Source: Callorhinchus milii
Lineage: Eukaryota
NCBI RefSeq assembly: GCF_018977255.1
Contig: NW_024704742.1
Coordinates: 93,436,001 to 93,500,000 of the forward strand
Direction: 5' to 3'
DNA length: 64,000 bases
Under the pieces are notes generated by a model, which searched no databases, was not told the origin of the DNA, and was given only the letters and a program-made list of their open reading frames with translations. The translations under genes were made by a program, and so were the position numbers. Below, in pieces: positions 58,901-64,000 of this stretch. The first letter of the stretch is position 1, and each line of letters starts with the position of its first letter.

Positions 58901-61900
58901 AGCGTTTTATCACATCTTTGAGACATCTCAAGGCATTTCACAGAATATACTGTAAAGTGAATTGACTGTATATTTTGTGGGCGAAACGCAGCAGCAATGT
59001 CTCACAAACAGTTGTGGATTGAGTGACCAATTTTTTTTATTAAAAAANGGAATTATTACCCCGGAAATGGGATCCGCCAATCGACTAACAACCGTTTTCC
59101 TACTTACTGCTAGGTAACCAGAGGCATGTGGAGTAAGGAAACTTGCCCAACATTTCGCCCTGCCGGGAATCAAACCAGATTCTCTCACTTGCGAGGCAAG
59201 TGCTCTTACCACTGAGCTAAAGGACTCCACTATACAACAACAACACAACAACAAGATTCCATTTATAGAGCGCCTTTCACGTCGGGTGGACATCCCAAGG
59301 CGCTGGACAGTTGGGTCAGGACCCGAGCAAGGGGGAAATGGCCAGGGTGAGGAGGGGGTAGAGAGTCGAATATTACCATATAGGGTTAAAGTTAAACAGT
59401 TTGTGGAGAGTGAAGAGGTTGAATACATCTTCAATTTGTTCACACATTTAGCTTTGCTAAAGCTCAAGTGCCTCAAAACATTTGAAATGTGAGCGACCCA
59501 GTTGGCGTTTTTCCTCCTGACAAAATCACCGTGTGGAAGGTAATTTAAAGTTAAAAGGTACAAATTTAATCAGCTCTATTCATCCATAGCAATTCACTCC
59601 CCCCTCGCATAGTACAGTACTAAAAAATACAATGCAAACACTAATCTTGATCTGATCACTTCAAACACAGTAATATAATAATCCTTGTATTTGACATAGT
59701 GTATGTAATGCAACATCTGAGCTCTTCACAGGTAATTGCTGTTAAACTTTATCTGTAAGTAAACATGACAGCTATTTTGCAAACAGAAATGTCCCATAAA
59801 GAGCCATGATGACTAATATACCTAGAGGGAATTTAGACACCACAAGTTTTAGGTACAATTTGCTTAAGTACTGCAAAGTGCTCAGATGTGCTAAAACACG
59901 TGAACAGTTTTACATAAATGCTAATTTTTGTTGTTGCAATCAATAACAGATTTTCTTGAATCCAAGGCTCCCGAAGGTCCACATAGATTTTAGGGGGCGG
60001 GGGGGTGGGGAAAAAAGTGAAGAAACTTTTTGAAAAATCACTTGGTGGGAAATACAAGCGTAAATGACACTTTGGAACAGAAAGCAGGGAGTCACATATC
60101 ATGCTGATATCATGCTGTCCCTCGAGAACCTGGCTCCGAGGTTGACATTAGGACAGAGCGAAGTTCCGCGAATCAACACGAGGAGTTTTACATCCCGAGG
60201 TACCATTTACACTGCAGTTTTTCTGGTAAGTGCTTTTTTACATCGTAGTCACTAAAAAAAATGAAGTCTTGCTAATTTATATTTTAAAAAATACTAGCCA
60301 CATGATTCTTCAGGTTTTTGGGCAAATCTTAACTTTGATTGATGTTTCAGTCAGTTTTCTTTTTGTGAAGAGTGGTTCTGTACCTATTTAGAAAGTGCAT
60401 GATCTACTCTCTCAATTCAGCCAACGACTACAATGAAATCACCAAACAGATAGTCACCGTTTTAATTTTTCTTCGCAACATGTCCCTGGTAAGGTAAATA
60501 GATTTTTACGGTCCCTATAGATTTTGCTCGAGACCTTTTTGGGGGTGGTTAGCAGTAACGCAAACTAAACGTTCATGGTTAAGTCTTTGGTTAAACAGAA
60601 CACAAGAGCTGAACTGAAATGGAGCGAAACAGTGAGCAAGAAGAACAAAGCTTTGACCTCTTCTTGATTTCTCTCTCCTCTCCCACAGGAACAAATTATT
60701 TCTCTCCTTCACAAAACTATATGGTAAAATCTCATCATAGCAGATCTAAAAAAGTGTTACAACTCACTTATTCTCAGGATCTCCTTCAGCCACTTCCTGG
60801 CTCTCATCCATTTCGGTGGCCTCTTCAGTCGAGTTAGGTTCAGCTTCTCTGGAAAGTGATTAAAATGGTTTTGCATCATTCTCTTTCTTTCCCCCACTTC
60901 CCCTAATTGTCTGTTTCTCTCTTCCTTCCCACCCCACACCCAACTGTTTACAATTTGGCTATATTACAGTACGAATCGTCCCTCAATTTTTAGTTACCCT
61001 CACCATGCCAAGTTCTTTAAATCGAGAGGTATGATAGTGCACTTTGCTAACATCTCAAAAGCTTTTGCCAGCATCCAAAATCAATGCCTTCCCCAATAAC
61101 TATAATATCTGGTTCAACAGATAGTTTGAATGATGGACCTCCTACCTCTAGATTATAACTCTATAGACTTTACGTGCAGAAGGCCAGAAATTACAATTTG
61201 GTAGTTTAGTTTCTTATTGAAAACTCTTATCTTTAAAGATTACAGTAAAACTCACATAATTTGTATCAGTTTACACAAAGTTCGAGCTGCAGGTAAACTG
61301 TACAAGTTGTAGAAAGGAGTGCGGCAAGACGAGTTAGGAGGTGATTAACAATAATAATAAAATAATCCTTGCATTTGATATAGCACTTCACAGAATATAC
61401 TGCAAAGTGAATTGACTGTATATTTGTGGGAAAAATTAATAATAATAATAATAATCCTTACATTTGATATAGCGCTTTTCACGTCGGGAGGACGTCCCAA
61501 AGCGCTTCACAGAACACACTGTAAAGTGAATTGACCTTTTTATTTATGAGCGAACGCAGCAGCCAATTGCGCACAGCAATGTCCCACAAACAGTCGTAGA
61601 TTGAAAATGACCAATTTATTATTGTTTTTGGTTTTGGAGGGATTATTATAAGGCTCTGTGTGGAGTAAGGAAACTTGCCCAAGGTTTCGCCCTCTGCCTG
61701 GAATTGAACTCAGGTCTCTCGCTTGCAAAGCGAGTGCTCTGACCACTGAGCTACAGGACTCCAATACGAGCAGTGCAAAGAAATCTAAATGGTTTTGAAA
61801 GGAAACTGATGGGACTCGGGTGAATGTACAACTTAGGCGATTATACGATTTATAAAGGCAAGACTTATGTGAGTTTTACTGTATACACTTCCACTGCAGT

Positions 61901-62000
61901 TTCCTGGATAATGCCTCACAGGTCATACCTCAGGTCATCTCTGACAGAGCCCCAGTTTCGTGATCCACTTCCACCCCTTCTGTCGTCTGGTTTCATTCCC
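55854..62000 (-). CDS. HABP4: Intracellular hyaluronan-binding protein 4 (Ki-1/57, SERBP1 family). Last five coding exons; the 5' part lies beyond the window.
   Basis: Spliced translation includes [50 protein letters not shown], an RGG box and [14 protein letters not shown]. These match HABP4 better than SERBP1, and the gene is adjacent to CDC14B. Confidence 0.92.
56400..57020 (-). mobile_element. Degenerate CR1 3' fragment; similar remnants at about 54300-54610, 23090-23360 and 38130-38370
   Basis: The reverse strand resembles the CR1 3' region at 28250-28860 (GTTAGACCACATTTAGA..., TGGAAC...). Confidence 0.65.
57635..57823 (-). CDS. HABP4: HABP4 exon ([63 protein letters not shown])
   Basis: tactag acceptor, ATG|GTGAAT donor, 189 nt, RG/RGG box. 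Confidence 0.93.
58459..58633 (-). CDS. HABP4: HABP4 exon ([58 protein letters not shown])
   Basis: ttgcag acceptor, GAT|GTAAGT donor, 175 nt. Confidence 0.95.
58875..59365 (-). mobile_element. tRNA-SINE (58875-59228) abutting an L2 3' tail (59233-59365)
   Basis: Same family motifs as the copies above. Confidence 0.85.
60768..60848 (-). CDS. HABP4: HABP4 exon ([27 protein letters not shown])
   Basis: ttccag acceptor, AA|GTGAGT donor, 81 nt, phase 2-2, acidic linker. Confidence 0.85.
61437..61762 (-). mobile_element. Full-length copy of the same tRNA-SINE, with an extra partial tail at about 61349-61430
   Basis: Very similar to the reverse complement of 24799-25113. Confidence 0.92.
61929..62000 (-). 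CDS. HABP4: HABP4 exon ([23 protein letters not shown])
   Basis: ttttag acceptor, AG|GTATGA donor, 72 nt, GGxGxxNWG family motif. Confidence 0.92.
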
Positions 62001-62262
62001 CTAAAAGAAAAAGTTTTTAGTACTAACCCTCAGCTTCTTCTGCTAAAAGAAAGGTTTCAGTTACAAGACCTTGCTAGGCAATAACGTTCTCCGAAGAAGA
62101 AATGAGACACTCTAAGAGTCACTACCCTGCGTGGAGGGTGCTATATAAGTGCAAGTTGTTGATGCTGAGTGAGAGAGAATAAAAGGGGTTTGACAGCAGC
62201 ACCAGTCTGACTTTCAATGGTTTTACTTAACTGTCGCCATTGATACACTGTCTCTTAGCGAG

Positions 62263-64000
62263 AGACACTTGAGTGACAGAGATCAGTACCTGGGGGGAGA
62301 GACACTGTGAGTGACAGAGATCAGTACTCTGGGGGAGAGACACTGTGAGTGACAGAGTCAGTACCCTGGGGGAGAGACACTATGAGTGACAGAGATCAGT
62401 ACCCTGGGGGAGAGACACTGTGAGTGACAGAGATCAGTACCTGGGGGAGAGACACGGTGAGTGACAGAGATCAGTACCCTGGGGTGAGCGACACTATGAG
62501 TGACAGACATCAGTACCCTGGGGGGAGAGACACTATGTGTGACACAGAGCTCAGTACCCTGAGGGGAGAGACACTATGAGTGACAGAGATCAGTACCCTG
62601 GGGTGAGAGACACTATGAGTGACAGAGATCAGTACCCTGGGGGAGAGACACTATGAGTGACAAAGATCAGTACTCTGGGGGGAGAGACACTATGAGTGAC
62701 AGAGCTCGGTACCCTGGGGGAGAAACACTATGAGTGACAGAGATCAGTACTCCTGGGGGAGAGACACTATGAGTGACAGAGATCAGTACCCTGGGGGAGA
62801 GACACTATGTGTGACAGAGCTCAGTACCTGGGGGAGAGACACTATGAGTGACAGAGATCAGTACCCTGGGGGAGAGACACTGTGAGCGACACAAGAGCTC
62901 AGTACCCTGGGGGAGAGACACTGTGAGTGACAGAGATCAGTACCCTGGGGGAGAGACACTGTGAGTGACAGAGATCAGTACCCTGGGGGGAGAGACACTA
63001 TGAGTGACAGAGATCAGTACCCTGGGGGAGAGACACTGTGAGTGACAGAGATCAGTACTCTGGGGGGAGAGACACTGTGAGTGACAGAGATCAGTACCTG
63101 GGGGAGAGACACTGTGAGTGACAAGGATCAGTACCCTGGGGGAGAGACACTATGAGTGACAGAGATCAGTACCCTGGGGGGAGAGACACTATGAGTGACA
63201 GAGATCAGTACCTGGGGGGAGAGACACTATGTGAGTGACAGAGATCAGTACCCTGGGGGAGAGACACTGTGAGTGACAGAGATCAGTACCCTGGGGGAGA
63301 GACACTATGTGTGACAGAGATCAGTACCCTGGGGGAGAGACACTATGTGTGACACAGAGCTCAGTACCCAGGGGGAGAGACACTATGTGTGACACAGAGC
63401 TCAGTACCCAGGGGGAGAGACACTGTGTGTGACACAGAGCTCAGTACCCTGGGGGAGAGACACTGTGAGTGACAGAGATCAGTACCCTGGGGGAGAGAAC
63501 TATGAGTGACAGAGCTCAGTACCCTGGGGGGAGAGACACTATGAGTGACACAGAGCTCAGTACCCTGGGCGAGAGACACGATGTGTGACAGAGCTCAGTA
63601 CCCTGGAGGGAGAGACACTGTGAGTGACAGAGATCAGTACCTGGGGGAGAGACACTATGAGTGACAGAGCTCAGTACCCTGGGGGAGACACTGTGTGTGA
63701 CAGAGCTCAGTACCCTGGGGGGAGAGACACAGTGTGTGACACAGAGCTCAGTACCCTGGGGGGAGAGACACTATGTGTGACAGAGCTCAGTACTCTGGGG
63801 GGAGAGACACTGTGTGTGACACAGAGCTCAGTACCCTGGGGTGAGAGACACTGTGAGTGACACAGAGATCAGTACCCTGGGGGAGAGACACTATGATGAC
63901 ACAGAGCTCAGTACCCTGAGGGGAGAGACACTATGTATGACACAGAGCTCAGTACCCTGGGGGAGAGACACTATGAGTGACAGAGATCAGTACCCTGGGG
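62263..64000. repeat. Minisatellite with a unit of about 38-42 bp (GAGAGACACTATGAGTGACAGAGATCAGTACCCTGGGG) in a HABP4 intron; runs off the window
   Basis: More than 40 visible tandem copies. Confidence 0.97.

Noticed and set aside
55854..62000. Calling the gene SERBP1
   Set aside because: EQTRPKx[17 protein letters not shown] and [13 protein letters not shown] match recalled HABP4 better.
62263..64000. Regular 40-bp array superficially like a CRISPR array
   Set aside because: No unique spacers, eukaryotic intron, no cas genes; it is a simple minisatellite.

Overview
Repeat-rich vertebrate genomic DNA, probably a cartilaginous fish such as a chimaera; this is inferred from the L2/CR1/tRNA-Deu-SINE landscape and not proven. 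Two multi-exon genes lie tail-to-tail. On the + strand is a complete CDC14-family dual-specificity phosphatase (ATG 4710, 12 core exons to 31258, HCKAGLGRT active site). I call it CDC14B from its synteny with HABP4 and its B-type C-terminal exons. On the - strand are the last five coding exons of HABP4 (62000 to stop at 55854). The main finding is the CDC14B 3' end, which looks like a modular C-terminal switchboard: a hydrophobic tail-anchor exon (39138-39249), two exons of CDC14A type (44118-44165 and 48472-48715/48778), a B-type exon (44734-44862), and a last exon (51665) readable in two frames to give an A-like or a B-like end. A 90-bp inverted repeat pair brackets the two phase-symmetric exons 13-14 and could drive skipping or circRNA formation. 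Other observations: a 123-bp near-perfect palindrome, a Penelope-type hammerhead remnant, a CCAAT/X-box/forkhead promoter cluster, G-rich and CT-rich arrays around exon 1, and a 1.7-kb minisatellite. Most ORFs in the supplied track are artefacts of repeats. Comparisons to human and mouse proteins are from recall and need confirming by alignment.
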